Shown one piece after another: positions 13,231-27,149 of a stretch of 64,000 nucleotides of DNA; position 1 is the stretch's first letter, and every line of letters starts with the position of its first letter. The DNA comes from Octopus vulgaris (lineage: Eukaryota). The stretch is taken from positions 16,306,001 through 16,370,000 of the forward strand of contig OX597834.1 in NCBI GenBank assembly GCA_951406725.2, read 5' to 3'. A program made the position numbers and the translations under genes. The notes beneath the pieces are model-generated. The model saw nothing but the letters and a program-made list of their open reading frames with translations, had not been told where the DNA came from and did no database searches.

Positions 13231-14269
13231 ATATACACACACACACACACACATACACATATATATATATTATAAACACACACACACACACACATGTAGA
13301 TGTGTTTAAATGTATTACACCAAGGGAAAATACTACAAACATACAACAAAAAAAAGGAAACAGTGAAAATAAGGACTGTTGTTGTTGCTTAACCACAGGC
13401 AGCCCCGACTAAGCAGCAATTTGATAAAAGGTATTCTAGATGTGACGAATACACCTTTATATTTTTATGGATATGCAAGGATTGCATTGTTCAATATTGT
13501 GTTTCCTGGTTTTAGGCAACAGATTCTAGCTGAAGATTGTAGTAGGCTGCTATTTCTAGCATGCCACATGACTACATGGAGGCCCTGCATACTTGTAAGT
13601 GTGTAGGTAAGGATAAACACCGATGCCAAGTACAGTGAGTTCATGATAGATTTAAGTACAAGTAGGAGGTTAAGATAATTGATTTATGGGCAAAGCGCCC
13701 AAGATATGTTGTTGCCAAACAACAACAACAACAGTAAAAACAACAACAGCATCTACAAATCAAAGTAAGATAAGAGATGATGAAGAAGAAGAAGACGTAG
13801 AAATAGTGTTGAGAAAGGAAAACAGAAAGTGAAATCCCTTTGTAAAAATGTATAATGTAGATGTGTGTATATGTGTGTTTGCGTATATACACAGGTGCAG
13901 GTGTGGCTCTGTGGTAAAAAGTTCGTTTCCCGATCACATGGTTTTGGGTTTAGTCCTATTGCATGGAACCTTGAGCAAGAGCCTTCTACTACAGCCCCGG
14001 ACCAGCTCAAGCCTTGGGAGTGGATTTGGTAAATGGAAACTGAAAGAATCTGTATATGTAGATGTGTATGTGTTTGTAGGTATTCATAGGTGCAGGCATG
14101 GCTGTGTGGTAAGAAGTTCATTTCCCAACTACATGGTTCTGGGTTCAGTCCCACTGCGTGGCACTTCAGCCGAGTGTCTTCTACTGTGGCCTCGGGCTGG
14201 TCAAAGCCTTGTGAGTGGATTTGGTAGATGGAAACTGTAAGAAACTTGTGTATATGTACGTATCTATGC

Positions 14270-14302
<33 letters not shown>

Positions 14303-14519
14303 CATGTGTGTGTGCATGTGTGTGTGTGTGCGTGTGCGTGTGTGTGAATGTGTGTGTGCATGTGTGTGTGCATGTGTGTGTGTGTGCATGTGTGTGTGTG
14401 CATGTGTGTGTGCAAGAACTTAGAAACGTCAAAGGAATATGAAATAATTCTATTTGGGAACACTGAAGCTCAAATACTAGGTTCAAAATCATTCCTAATA
14501 TAAGAATTCAAAGAAAATG

Positions 14520-14878
14520 CTTTGGTCCAATTGCAGAACATCAGTCATTGGTATGCCGCATAGTGTGATGTCTTCTCCAGCAGCAACTTGCTGTGTCCAA
14601 CTCCCAGCCCAGGTTTGCTCCACTGCTCATCAGACTGAGGAAAGCAAACTGTCAAACTATCAGTCGCTTCCCGATAGGTTCATGGTCAAGCCCATGGCAG
14701 TGGAAACCTCCAGAGTCCTCGGCCCTCAAACCATCACCATGTTCACTGCTATTGGGGTGGAGACGGCTACACACAAGCGTGAGCCCCGTGAATCAGTTTG
14801 GCTGTTCCACTGTTCCAGCACATCTCCTTTGCCATCCTCCAAGAAAATACTTTTTCCATTTTGTCTGCTGGGACCATG
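14520..14878 (+). mobile_element. CRE-like (REL-endonuclease) LINE C-terminal relic
   Basis: WSNCRTSV..; KLSNYQSL..FMVKPMAVETSRVLGP..; FQHISFAILQENTFSILS (with frameshifts) resembles the K..KY..L/P.AVET.G..G/FQR.S.A.QRGNA..IL pattern. Confidence 0.6.
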
Positions 14879-15164
14879 AGGTGGTCTGACATACAGGAAA
14901 CTGTATGTTCCACTCCATATAAATTGCGCTCATCACCATTCAGTACAATTATATACTTCAGACCTTATACTATTCTGTCATTCATATTCTCAATCACAAC
15001 TGACTGGTGACAGTCTACAAAATCTGTGGAGATAAACTTTATAGATACAGGGTTGGCCAAAAGTCACCTGACAGTATATCAAAACCAATGGATTTAATAA
15101 AAGCAACTAAATATGAAACATCATAAAAATTCAGTTCTATATTTAAGAAATGAGGAATTGTTTA

Positions 15165-15316
15165 CTTTATTTACATTATTTACATTTGACAGATATTTGT
15201 CCTCATCTTGTTTGTTGTTAATACAATGTTCTGGCTGATATAATCTCCAGCCTTCTTCGGGTATCTTGGGGGAAATTTACAACCTGGGTTCTCATTCCTA
15301 AGGTATTTTTCGATGT
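15165..15316 (-). mobile_element. Hammerhead-like element tail (motif 15220-15265, degenerate)
   Basis: Minus strand reads GATAC-CCGAAGA-A-GGCTG-(10 nt)-CAGCC-AGAA-CATT-GTATT. Confidence 0.55.
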
Positions 15317-15332
15317 TATTATTATTATTATC

Positions 15333-15695
15333 ATTCAGTAGTTTTATTTTTATAGCGTGCTTTCACTTCACTACCGAGCGCAGCTCTGTGTGCCTTAGGT
15401 ATGTGCTGTGATTTGTTGTGATGCTCTGATGGTTATTGTATGGAAAGTGTTCTGCGTAGGATGTGTGCAGTGCCTAGTAGTGCAATTTTCTGTATGTTAT
15501 ATGTGTTTGTAAGTCCTGGTGTTTTTGTTATGTATTTGTCTGAATATTTTTTTATCATGCCTAATGCACCTACTATGATAGGAATTGTTTCTGTTTTTAG
15601 ATTCCACATTCTGGTTACCTCTATTTCCAGGTCTTTGTATTTTGAGAGTTTCTCCATTTCTTTTAGAGACACATTGTCATCTGCCGGTATTGATA
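15333..15695 (-). mobile_element. R4/Dong-clade LINE, 5'-truncated 3' end
   Basis: ORF end EKLSKYKDLEIEVTRMW...IPIIVGALG...IQKIALLGTAHILRRTL*, typical of the REL-endonuclease C-terminus, followed by a 3' UTR. (TAA)n on both sides. Confidence 0.85.
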
Positions 15696-15696
15696 C

Positions 15697-15754
<58 letters not shown>

Positions 15755-16051
15755 GTTCAGGTCACTGCATGGAATTCATTGAGCCCTTCCATAAACTGTT
15801 ATACAAAAACATAGTTTGCTGTATTATAAGAAATACTTATTTTTTACCTATACCTACATATATATGAACACATACAAATACACACATGCTCATTTATGTA
15901 TATCATATATACATACACACACACACATATATTTTCATATATATATATATATATAAATACATGCATACTCATATATGTATATAAAAAAAAAGACAAAAAT
16001 GCAATAGAGGGCATTAAAACATTCGGACAGATAGACAATACAAAGGCGGAC

Positions 16052-16104
<53 letters not shown>

Positions 16105-16133
16105 ATATATATCTATATATATTTGTATATATA

Positions 16134-16172
<39 letters not shown>

Positions 16173-16177
16173 ATATC

Positions 16178-16211
<34 letters not shown>

Positions 16212-16229
16212 AACATACACACATACATA

Positions 16230-16277
<48 letters not shown>

Positions 16278-16417
16278 TATATATATATATCTATATATTT
16301 GTATGCATATATATATACACATATATACATAAATATACATATATACACACATATATATATATACAAATATACACATATATACACACACACAAAAACATAC
16401 ACACATACATACATACG

Positions 16418-16448
<31 letters not shown>

Positions 16449-16483
16449 CATACACATTACATAATACATACACATAAAAATAC

Positions 16484-16516
<33 letters not shown>

Positions 16517-16868
16517 CATACACACGACTCCAAAGCAGTAATTTTAACTGCTAGAGATGGTTATTTTTTTTTGTCATTATTTTATCATGTTTATGTTGAG
16601 TTTTTTTCCTCTTCTTTTGTATAGTTTCTATTTGATTTTTTTCTACTCCCGTTTTATTTTTTTTTTCATTTTTTTTCATTTTATTCATTCATTTATTTAT
16701 TCTTAGTTTTCTTCGACTTTTCATTCTGGGAAAAATAACTGATGCAATTCTTTCTTCAAAAAGAAACGTAGAAATATATTCTTTATCTTATCTTTGTGTT
16801 ATTTATTTTTTTTTTTTTCAATGTTTCTCTCTCTTTCTAACCATTTAATTTTTTTTTTCTTATTTACT

Positions 16869-16900
<32 letters not shown>

Positions 16901-17104
16901 TATGTGTATATATATTATTCTCAGTGTTCGAACATTCTGAATCACTTTGATATTCCTCGACAAGCCCAGTCAGACATGAAAATAAAAGTTTCCAGCATTA
17001 GTTTTACTTTTCCAAATCATTTCAGTTTCCTTTAAATAAAAATTACAAGGTGTGGATATCATATTAAGAGATATGCATCTCCGTGTGTGTGTGTGTGCAT
17101 GTAG

Positions 17105-17135
<31 letters not shown>

Positions 17136-18234
17136 AACGTGTAGCTGTGTGTCTGTGTCTGTGTGTGCGTGTGTGTGCTATGTGTGTGTGTCTGTGTGTA
17201 GCTATGTGTGTCTGTGTGCATGTGTGTGTCTGTGTGTGTGCATCTGTGTGTGCATGTGTATGTCTGTGTCTTTGAGTATGTGTGTGTTTGTGTGTATGTG
17301 TGTGTTTGTGTGTGAATGTGTGTGTGTGTGCGTGTGTGTGTGAAACTTAGTGACTGCAATGGAGTATTTATGTCAGTTTCAGCCAGTGTGCAAAGTGTGT
17401 GTGTGTGTGTATGAGACTGCCAGAGAGAGAGAGAGAAATAGAGTGTGCATGTGTGTGTATGTGTGCATGTGCATGTGTACATATTTGAGACTGTCAGAGA
17501 GTAAGTTGTGTATATGTGTCTGTGACTGTCAGAGTGAGTGAGTTAGTGTGTGAAAGGGTGTGTGTGTGTGTGTCCATGTGTGAATGTGTGGGAGAGACAG
17601 AGTGCCTTTCTCTATTGGAGTATGTATCTGTCAGTTTGTGCCAGCATGAAAATGCATGTGTGAATATGAGAGAGAGAGAAAATGTGTGTGTATACATGTG
17701 TATGTGCGTGCATGAATGTGAGTGCCATTACGACTGTGTCTTAATGTGTATGTGTCAGTATGCAAATGTGTGTGGTGTGTGATGTGACAGCCAGAGAGAA
17801 AGTGTGTGTGTGTGTGTGTGTCTGTGTGTGTGTGTGTGTATACATACCTTAGCAACTATGTTCTTAGTATGCGTGTGCCAATTCATGACCTTATGAAAAT
17901 ACTCGTGGTGTACGTACGTGTGGGTGAGCATGTGTATTTGTATGTGTATGTACATATGTGTGCTTGCTTGTGTGTGTGTGTGTGTGTTCTTGTGAAAATG
18001 TCTCAGTGTTTGTGAATGTGTGTGTGTGCGTGTGTGAGAGAGAGACAGAAAAAAGATGATGTGAGGGGAAAGCTGGATGCAAACGTAAATCATAAATAAA
18101 ACTGGAACAAAAAAAAATTGTGAAGACAAGACAAAGCGTAAGAACAGTATTTATTATTGATAAAATGTTAAATTATGCCAAAAGAAAGGGGAAGAAAGGA
18201 CGGGCGGCGAAAGTATACATGTTGATTCATCGTT

Positions 18235-18274
<40 letters not shown>

Positions 18275-18292
18275 GTGTGTGATGTGTGTGTG

Positions 18293-18332
<40 letters not shown>

Positions 18333-18521
18333 GAATATATATATTCATATATATATATATATATATAATGTGAAATAGAAAGATGAATAATCTTGTAGTA
18401 GATTAATCAAAAGTTTAACCGATACCTTAGTAGCAAAAATCACAGCAGTAAACAGCACGGTTGGAGGTACAACCATATGGTGTTGCAACCGTGCGTTGGT
18501 GCGGATAATTGAAATTAAAAC

Positions 18522-18831
18522 ATTATTGGTGAATTGAAGAAATGGAGCTGAACGCAGATTGAACAGAAATCGTTTTATTTCATTCTACACGTGTTTCGAA
18601 AGGCACAGTTTCGCCATGGGCTCTTAGGAGCATAGTTCGATTTGTTTTTGCTCCGCCTCTGTTCTGTTTTTGTTTTTCCAACGGATTTCCTATTTTCTTC
18701 CTGAAGAGAAAGACACAATATGGTCCCATTATTCAATCGGATTTTGGTAATTTGTGCCTTTCGAAACACGTGTAGAATGAAATAAAACGATTTCTGTTCA
18801 ATCTGCGTTCAGCTCCATTTCTTCAATTCAC

Positions 18832-18838
<7 letters not shown>
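18522..18838. repeat. Perfect 86-bp inverted repeat (arms 18522-18607 and 18753-18838) in a Penelope-like element flanked by (TA)n
   Basis: The two arms are exact reverse complements, read directly. Spacer is 145 bp. The right arm contains the 3' half of the hammerhead. Confidence 0.95.
18691..18784 (+). ncRNA. Type I hammerhead ribozyme, canonical core, Penelope-like
   Basis: Helix I TATTTTcTTC/GAAtGAAATA; CTGAAGA at 18701-18707; helix II GAAAGaCACAA...TTGTGcCTTTC; GAAA at 18763-18766; palindromic helix III ACACGTGT; GTA cleavage triplet ending at 18774. Confidence 0.85.
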
Positions 18839-18885
<47 letters not shown>

Positions 18886-19646
18886 GAATATATATATATA
18901 TTAATACATATGTGTGTGTGTGATGAATATCACACACACACACACACACACATGCACACACACATGCACATGCACACACACACATGGCTAAGGGGTTAGA
19001 AAATTCATTTCTCAACCTTGAAAGTTCAGGTTCAATCTCAGTGCACAGTGCCTTGTGCAAGTGCCTCGTACACTATCCATGGGTCAACCATAACCTTGCA
19101 AGTGGATTTAGTGAGAGGAAACTCAGAGAAGCCCATTGTGTGTGTGTGTGTGTGTGTGTATGTGTACACTTGCCTTGACCATCATGTGAAGGTTGTAGAC
19201 AAGCATCACCTTCATACAAGCGACAGAGTTCTTAGTCAGTCTTCAGTGGAAAACGTGTCAAGCAATGGGCAAATGTTACCTTGCTTGGAAACTTACACAC
19301 ACTTTCAAATAATTCTCCTAGTTTTCCCACGAAAGAGGAAAGAAGTACTCAATACATGTTGCAGAACGTGCAACTTCATTTTCTCCAGACACGAGTTTCA
19401 CACCTTTGCAATCATCAGACAAGACACATTTCTCATCCAATGACAATCAGCCGAATATAGAAGCCAAGGCTGCCTCACCGCTCACTATTAGCACAGCCAA
19501 TTATGCAGGAGTGATTTTTAGATCTGTGAAACTTCTAGTGCTACAGTCAAACATACACACACATACATACATACATAAAACAACAGATATATGCATGTAC
19601 ATGCATCATGCATGAGGATATAATTATATGTACGCACACACACCTG

Positions 19647-19684
<38 letters not shown>

Positions 19685-20778
19685 TACTCATAAAAGTGTG
19701 TGCGCATATCCACACATGTATCCACATGTACACACGCATGTATGAGGATATGCGTTTGCATGCATACACAAACAGAGATACATAAATAGATACATGTTTT
19801 GACACAAAAACTGTATCAACAAGATAGAGAAAAATATTCAACACAAAAAAAAACCGCATTCATATGTATATTCATGTGTGAATATATATTTTAAAATAAA
19901 CACATTATACATCATATATATGTATATGTTATATATATATACACATATTTATAAATTTGTACAAATGTATGAATATACATGTTATTTATGTGTATATTAT
20001 ATATGTATATATATTCATATATATATATGTATATATATATATGTATATATATTCATATATATATATATATATATACACACACATACACATATATATATAC
20101 ATATGTACACATACATATACATATATATATATATATGTATGCACGTATACATCCATACACACAGATGTGAGTGTGTACATACATGCATACATACATATGG
20201 AAATGTATGTACCCAAATATAATAATACAGAGCAAAAATATTTTTAAAGTCAAAGAAAAAAAGACGGAAAATTAAAGAAAGGACGCAGAGGAAGAGAGAC
20301 AGAGAGGAAATGATAAAGTGAGGGAGATGGTTACAAGAAAAAGCAATGAGGGACAATTTAGTATTACTTTTCGAGATGGTGGTTGAAAAATTGATGAAAA
20401 ATGAAAACTCAAAATACATCAATACAACTATATTTTTTTTTAATGACTTAAATAAAAACGGGGAAAATATTTTATTTTGCCTCTTGTTGTTATTTTTGAT
20501 TTCTTTCATTTTGGTAACTTTCGTGTGTGTGTGTGTGTGTGTGTTTTATCTAACTTCATCTTTTTTTAATTGATAACATTCGACATCTCAATTTTCAGTT
20601 ATGAGATTCTATGGAAGCAAGTCAATATTGGAAAAAAAGCAGCAAATGTGTAATTGGCATCTTTATATTTCGGTAATACCGGTACTAAATGATGTGCCAT
20701 ATTTATGAACGTTATCTTCATGTGTGCATGTATTTATGTGTATGTATGGGTGTGTATGTATAAAATAACAAAGGCAGC

Positions 20779-20840
<62 letters not shown>

Positions 20841-20999
20841 CATCATCAGCATCGTTTAACGTCCGTTTTCCGTGCTAGCACGGGTTGGACGGTTCGATCA
20901 GGGTCTGGGAAGTCAGGAGGCTGCACCAGGCTCCAGTCTGATCTAGCAGTGTTTCTACAGCAGGATGCCCTTCCTAACGCCAGCCACTCCGTGAGTATG

Positions 21000-21160
21000 T
21001 TTCTCTCCTTGTTTTTTTTCTGTGTATCTTTCTGTTGAAGAGCGTAGGCTCGAAATGTAAAAGACTTTTTCTATTCCTGAGCGCCATACTAATACATTTG
21101 TTTGTTTGTACTCCACCTGCCTTCGTATTTTGTTTATTTTCGTAAACTTTCCCTTTATAT
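21000..21160 (+). mobile_element. Short Penelope-like repeat with hammerhead-like motif (21027-21064)
   Basis: TCTTT-CTGTTGA-A-GAGC-GTAG-GCTC-GAAA-TG-TA-AAAGA. Ends in a TA run. Confidence 0.65.
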
Positions 21161-21381
21161 ATATATGTAAAAGAAAAGAGATGCTAAAAGAATAAATGAT
21201 TTTCTAATGAATTGCATCAACTTACAGTCGTTTCCAGTCGAGATGCAGTGGACTCATAACTGAATGCCTGAGTAACACCTAACAGTATCATCAGAGCATC
21301 GAACCCTTCATGTTTAAGCCTCAGATTTATACATGTGGATATACATATGCCAGTATGTATGCATAAAGAAATACGTGTGTA

Positions 21382-21449
<68 letters not shown>

Positions 21450-21814
21450 TATATTCTTTTACCTATTTCAGTCATTTGACTGCAGCCATGCTGGAGCATC
21501 ACCTTTAGCCAAGCAAATCGCCCCCCAGGATTTATTCTTTGTAAGCCTAGTACTTATTCTGTCAGTCTCTTCTGCTGAACTGCTAAGTTACAGGGACATA
21601 AATTGCACCAGGGTTGTCAAGCAATGTTGGGGAGATAATTACAGACACACACACACACACACACACACAGACACACGCATATATATACACGCACACACAC
21701 ACACACACATATATATACACGCACACACACACACACACACATGGGCTTCTATCAGTTTCTGTCTACCAAATCTACTCAGAAGGTTTTGGCCAGCCCAATG
21801 CTATAGTAGAAGAC

Positions 21815-21858
<44 letters not shown>

Positions 21859-24236
21859 TGATGATGATGATTTCAAATTTTGGAACAATGCCAGTAAGTT
21901 CAAGGGAGAGGGAGAAATATAGATTATACGAATCCCAATGCTCAACTGGTCCTTGTTTTATCAACCCCAAAAGGATAAACAGGCAAAATTTACTTTGGTG
22001 GCATTTGAACTCAGAACATAAGTTCGGAAGAAATGTTGCTAAGCAATTTTCTCAGTGCACACATATATATACACACAGTGGGCTTTTTTCAGGTCCTGTC
22101 TACCAAATTCAAAGCATTTTGGTTGGCCCAGTGTTGTAGGAGGATTGAAACCAAAACCAGAGGGTCAGGATATTAACTTCTTAATCCCACACCCTTAATC
22201 CTTGATCCCAGCTCAGTTCAGGGAGCAGGAGTTGAAGCTACACCACAACCACCACAACGATGTCATCAAATACCACTGCAACCACTACCAACATCATCAC
22301 AAACATTTTCAACGTCTACCACCAAAACCACAGCCACTACTATGGATGCCATCGCAACCAACACCACCACCACCAGCAAGACCACTGCCACCTCCAACAC
22401 CATCGCTACCAATGTCAATCACCACGGACAACACCGCCTCCACCACGGACAACACCGCCTCCACCACGACCACCAATGCCACAGCCATCAATATCACTAC
22501 CAGCACCAACACCACCTCCCACAACAATTTCAGTCACCACCACTACTACCACCATAACCATTAACATCACCAATACCACCACCGCCACTACCACCAACAC
22601 CAATATCAACACCACAACTGCCGCTACCAACACCAGCCAGTAATTCTAATTAAGGAATTAGTCAGGTCTTATGTCACTTGAACTGTTTGCTCAGGTGGAA
22701 GGGAGGCTGGAGGGGGTGGGTGGGTGGAGCAGAATCACACACAAGCAAAGTGGAAAAGAGAAAAAGAAAAGAAATAAAAAAACCATCCTATCAACTCAAT
22801 CAGTGGACCATGTAGAGAATTATAGCTCAGTGAAGGGAAAAGGAGAGAATAACACAAGCACACACATACACACGCACACACAGAGGCCAACACAACACAC
22901 ACACACACTAACAAATACACATGCACACACACACACACGCCATAAACATTCCAACAATTAGGTGCATATACACACACATATACTCCAACAACCACACACA
23001 CACACACACACCAACAACCACACACATACACACACACACCAACAACCACACAAACACACGCATCAACAGCAACAGAAACAGATACACACGCACACACAAA
23101 CAACCACAAATACACTTGCGCCAACACACACACACAACCACACACACACACACATCAACAGCAACACAAACAGACACACACACACAAACAACCACAAATA
23201 CACATACACCAACACACACACACAACCACACACACACCAACAACCACACCTACACACACAAACAACCACACACATATACACATGCACCAACACACACATA
23301 CACACACTAACAACCACACATACACACATACACATACAACCACACACATATACAAACACACGCACACACACAAACAACCACACACACACAACCACACACA
23401 TATACAAACACACGCACACACACAAACAACCACACACACACACACACACAGATGCATGCATGCATGTATAAACAACCTGCATATTAATGAAACAAACTAA
23501 TTTCTCAAAAATTTAGTAGCTACGAAAAATAAAACACAGAATGGAAATAGAGGCAGTGGGAGCAGAGTGGGGGAAGCAGGATTTTTTTTTTTTAAATGAA
23601 AAAAAAAAAAAAAAAAACAGGGAAAAAAAAACAAATTAAAATGCAAAACAGAATTGATACAGGAAGGAGAGGAAGGAGTGGTGAGCTCAATCAGGTGAAA
23701 ATACAATAAAATAAAATAAAATTTTTATAATAATGAATTTAGGAGAATAAGAGTGATAGGGAGAGGGGGTGGGAGGGAAAGACAAGGATAAGCAAAATAT
23801 AACATAAAAAAGAAAACAAATTTTTGTTTCGAATCATAAATATTGAAGATAGAATTGCTATTAAATTATACATTTTTCTAGTCAAATAACAAATTGATAC
23901 AAATAACTAGATCACTGACCCAACGTTTTATTTTGTTATCGATATTATCATAATAATAATGATGATGATGATAATAATGATGATGATGATAATTCTTTCT
24001 ACTATAGGTACAAGGTCTAAAATTTGGTGGGAGGGGGGGTAAGTTAATTACACTGACCACAGTACACAACTGGTACTTATTTCGTTGACCCTGAAGGAAT
24101 GAAATGCAAAGTCAACTTCGGTGGAATTTGAACTCAGAATGTAACGCCTGAAGAAATGTCATTAAGTATTGTATCTGGCGTGCTAACAATTTTGCCAGCT
24201 TGCCACCCTAATAATAATAATAATAATAATAATAAT

Positions 24237-25081
24237 TTCTTGAAATGAGAATGCACGGACAGTTTTAAAGGAATACACAGTATGTTAAGGATAATACACC
24301 ATCATGGCCATGGCTTGAGCGAGGTGATTTGAAGCGTACCACCGAAAGCCTGATCATTGCTGCACAAGACCAGGCTCTCGCTACCAATTCAGTGAAGTAT
24401 AACATCTATAAAACTTCTGACACCCAGAAATGCAGACTCTGTGGAAAGCATGTGGAAAATGTGATCCACTTGGGAAGTGGATGTGAGAGTCTTGCACAAA
24501 AAGAATACTAGCGCTGCCACGATAAAGTGTGTGTGTATATCTTCGTTGGCTCTTATGTCATAAATACCAATATGAAGTAACAGAGAACTGGTATGAGCAT
24601 GAACCAAGTAAAGTTATGCAGGAAGATGGAAAAGTAACGATACTCTGGGATTATGATTTTCAGACGGATCATGTAATCGAACACTGTCAGCCGGATATTG
24701 TCATATTGAATAAGAGAGACAAATACTGTCAGATCATTGATGTAGCCATACCAAATGACTTGAATGTTGTGAGTAAAGAGGTTGAAAAAAATCACCAAGT
24801 ACTTCAAATTGAAAGTGGAAATGGCAAGACTGTATGGAATGCAAGAGGGTAATGTAAAAGTGATACCAGTGGTGATTGGAGCATTGGGCTCAATCCCATT
24901 GAAACTTCAAGACTTCTTAAGGCAACTGGAAATCTGATGCAAGATTGATGTCTTGCAAAAAGCAGCTTTATTGGACACAGCGCACATTTTAAGGAAAGTA
25001 TTATCTGTCTGAGGTCCTTGTTGTGACTTGACAGATGACTAAAGACTCCAGTGCATTTTTACTTACACTGTGTGTTGAAAG
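24237..25081 (+). mobile_element. R4/Dong-clade LINE remnant with zinc knuckle and restriction-like endonuclease
   Basis: ESLIIAAQDQAL..CRLCG..ENVIHLGSGC; ILWDYDFQTD..QPDIVIL..IIDVAIP; VIPVVIGALG..QKAALLDTAHILRKVL*. Contains stops and frameshifts. Flanked by (TAA)n at 24209-24236 and 25082-25112. Confidence 0.9.
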
Positions 25082-25112
25082 AATAATAATAACACTAATA
25101 ATAATAATAATA

Positions 25113-25640
25113 AATGCCTTGATGCAATACCAAATACTGGCTCTCTTGGCTTCTGATCTTAACTGATTGAAAGTGTTATGTACATTGTTTTGTCTTGGTA
25201 TAAAAGATGGGCTACAGCAAATATTCTGCTCAATACCACGGATTTGCTTGTCGGTTGTCTGACCTTAACCAATTGAGCATGTCCCTTAGTAGCTGACAAT
25301 ATGTGCATCTCTGATCACAAGCAGAAGTACTGGGGGAATATCACTGTCATGTGTTGAGAGGAATTCTTTGGGGTTTGAATAATTTATATGGGTGTTTTGT
25401 ATAACGTCCTTGAACAACCTTAGAGACCTTTCGCGCAGGATGGTCTATTTAACCTGAAGAAAATTCTAACTGGGCTCTACCTGTAAGGTCACGCACTGTT
25501 TATCTTGGTATAAGGTCACCATGTTGCACATACATGGTTGTGATGCATGTGCCTGGTGTACCCTTATCAGATGGGTACATTGGGCTTCATATATTTGTAC
25601 CCCAGAGTCACTTGGATGACATGCACTGCTCTCACACTCA
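25113..25640 (+). mobile_element. Unclassified non-coding insertion between (TAA)n tracts, possibly a Dong-type derivative
   Basis: Unique sequence bracketed by TAA runs and ending in a (TAA)n tail. No ORF. Confidence 0.4.
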
Positions 25641-26858
25641 ATAATAATAATAATAATAATAATTCCTTCTAATTTTGGCACAAGGCCAGTAATTTTGAGG
25701 GGAGGGGGACAAATCAATTACGTCAACTCTAGTACTTAGCTCTAGTACTTATTTTATCAACCCTGAAAGGATGAACAGCAAAGTTGGCCTCCTTGAGATT
25801 TAAACTTAGAGTATAAAAAGATGCAACAAATATCATAACGCATTTTCCCAACAAGTCTCTAACAATTCTACCACTATGTCAATAATAACGGTTTCTGATT
25901 TGGGCACAAGGTGAGTAATTTTGATGGGAGGCGAAGCAGTTGATACCAATGGGCCCAAGTACTTTTTGCTGGGTATTTATTTTAGCAACTCTGGTAGGAT
26001 GAAAGACAAACCTCATCTCAGCAGAATTTGAACTCAGATGTTGGTGGTGGTGGTGGTAGTGGTGGGGGTAGGGCAGTGCTGGTGCCTCACTAACACCACA
26101 ACCATCACCACCACAAGGGGAGACAGAGAAGGATGTGGAGAGGGAGAAAGAGAAAGGAAGAAGAGGAGAAGGGAGAGGAGGATGTAGAGGAATGGGAGGA
26201 GGAAGAGAGAAGGAAGAGGAAGGCAAGGAGAAGAGGGAGAGAGAAGAGGGAGAAGAGGGACAGAAGAGAAGAGTTGGTGACAAAGAGAGGAAGAAGAGGA
26301 GGAGGGAATAAATGACAAGGTGGTGGTGGTGGAGATGATGCCGGAAAAATGTTGGCAGAAACAGTGTATCATTATAATAAAGGTTATTCAGTTTTAACCC
26401 TCCGGTTCCAGGGTTCAAATTGCACCAAAGTCGGCTGTGTCTTTTATCCCTTCCAGAGTCAATAATGTTAAGCAGCAGTCATACACTGAGGTCATTTGAA
26501 TCAATTACATCTCTATCTGCCATTTAAAAATATAAGCATAGAAATCAACATCTGTTGTTGTAACTGTTGCAGCTACCGCTGCTGCTGCTGCTGCTGTTGC
26601 TACTGTATATATGGAGGTTAGTCTTTATGACTATTTTCGGTTCAAAATGCACAATGCTAATTCTTTTTTTTTGTTTTTGTTTGTTTTTTTTTTTTGTTTT
26701 TTTTTTTTGAAGTACATAAACAAAACAACAACAATAAAAACAATTATTCACATAAAATATTTAAAATGATAACATAAGAGATTTGTCACAGAAAAGACCA
26801 ACTAAATAAAACGCATATAAGCATGCATACACACATACGCACACAAACACACACACGC

Positions 26859-26893
<35 letters not shown>

Positions 26894-27067
26894 TACAATC
26901 GCATACATACATGCATCTACATATATATATATATACATGCATGCATGTATGTATGCATTGGTTTTGTGTGTATATATATAGATGTGCACTCACACACATG
27001 CAACTATATATATTTAAGTACATATACATATATACACACAAACAAGTACACAAATTCACATGTACGC

Positions 27068-27149
<82 letters not shown>

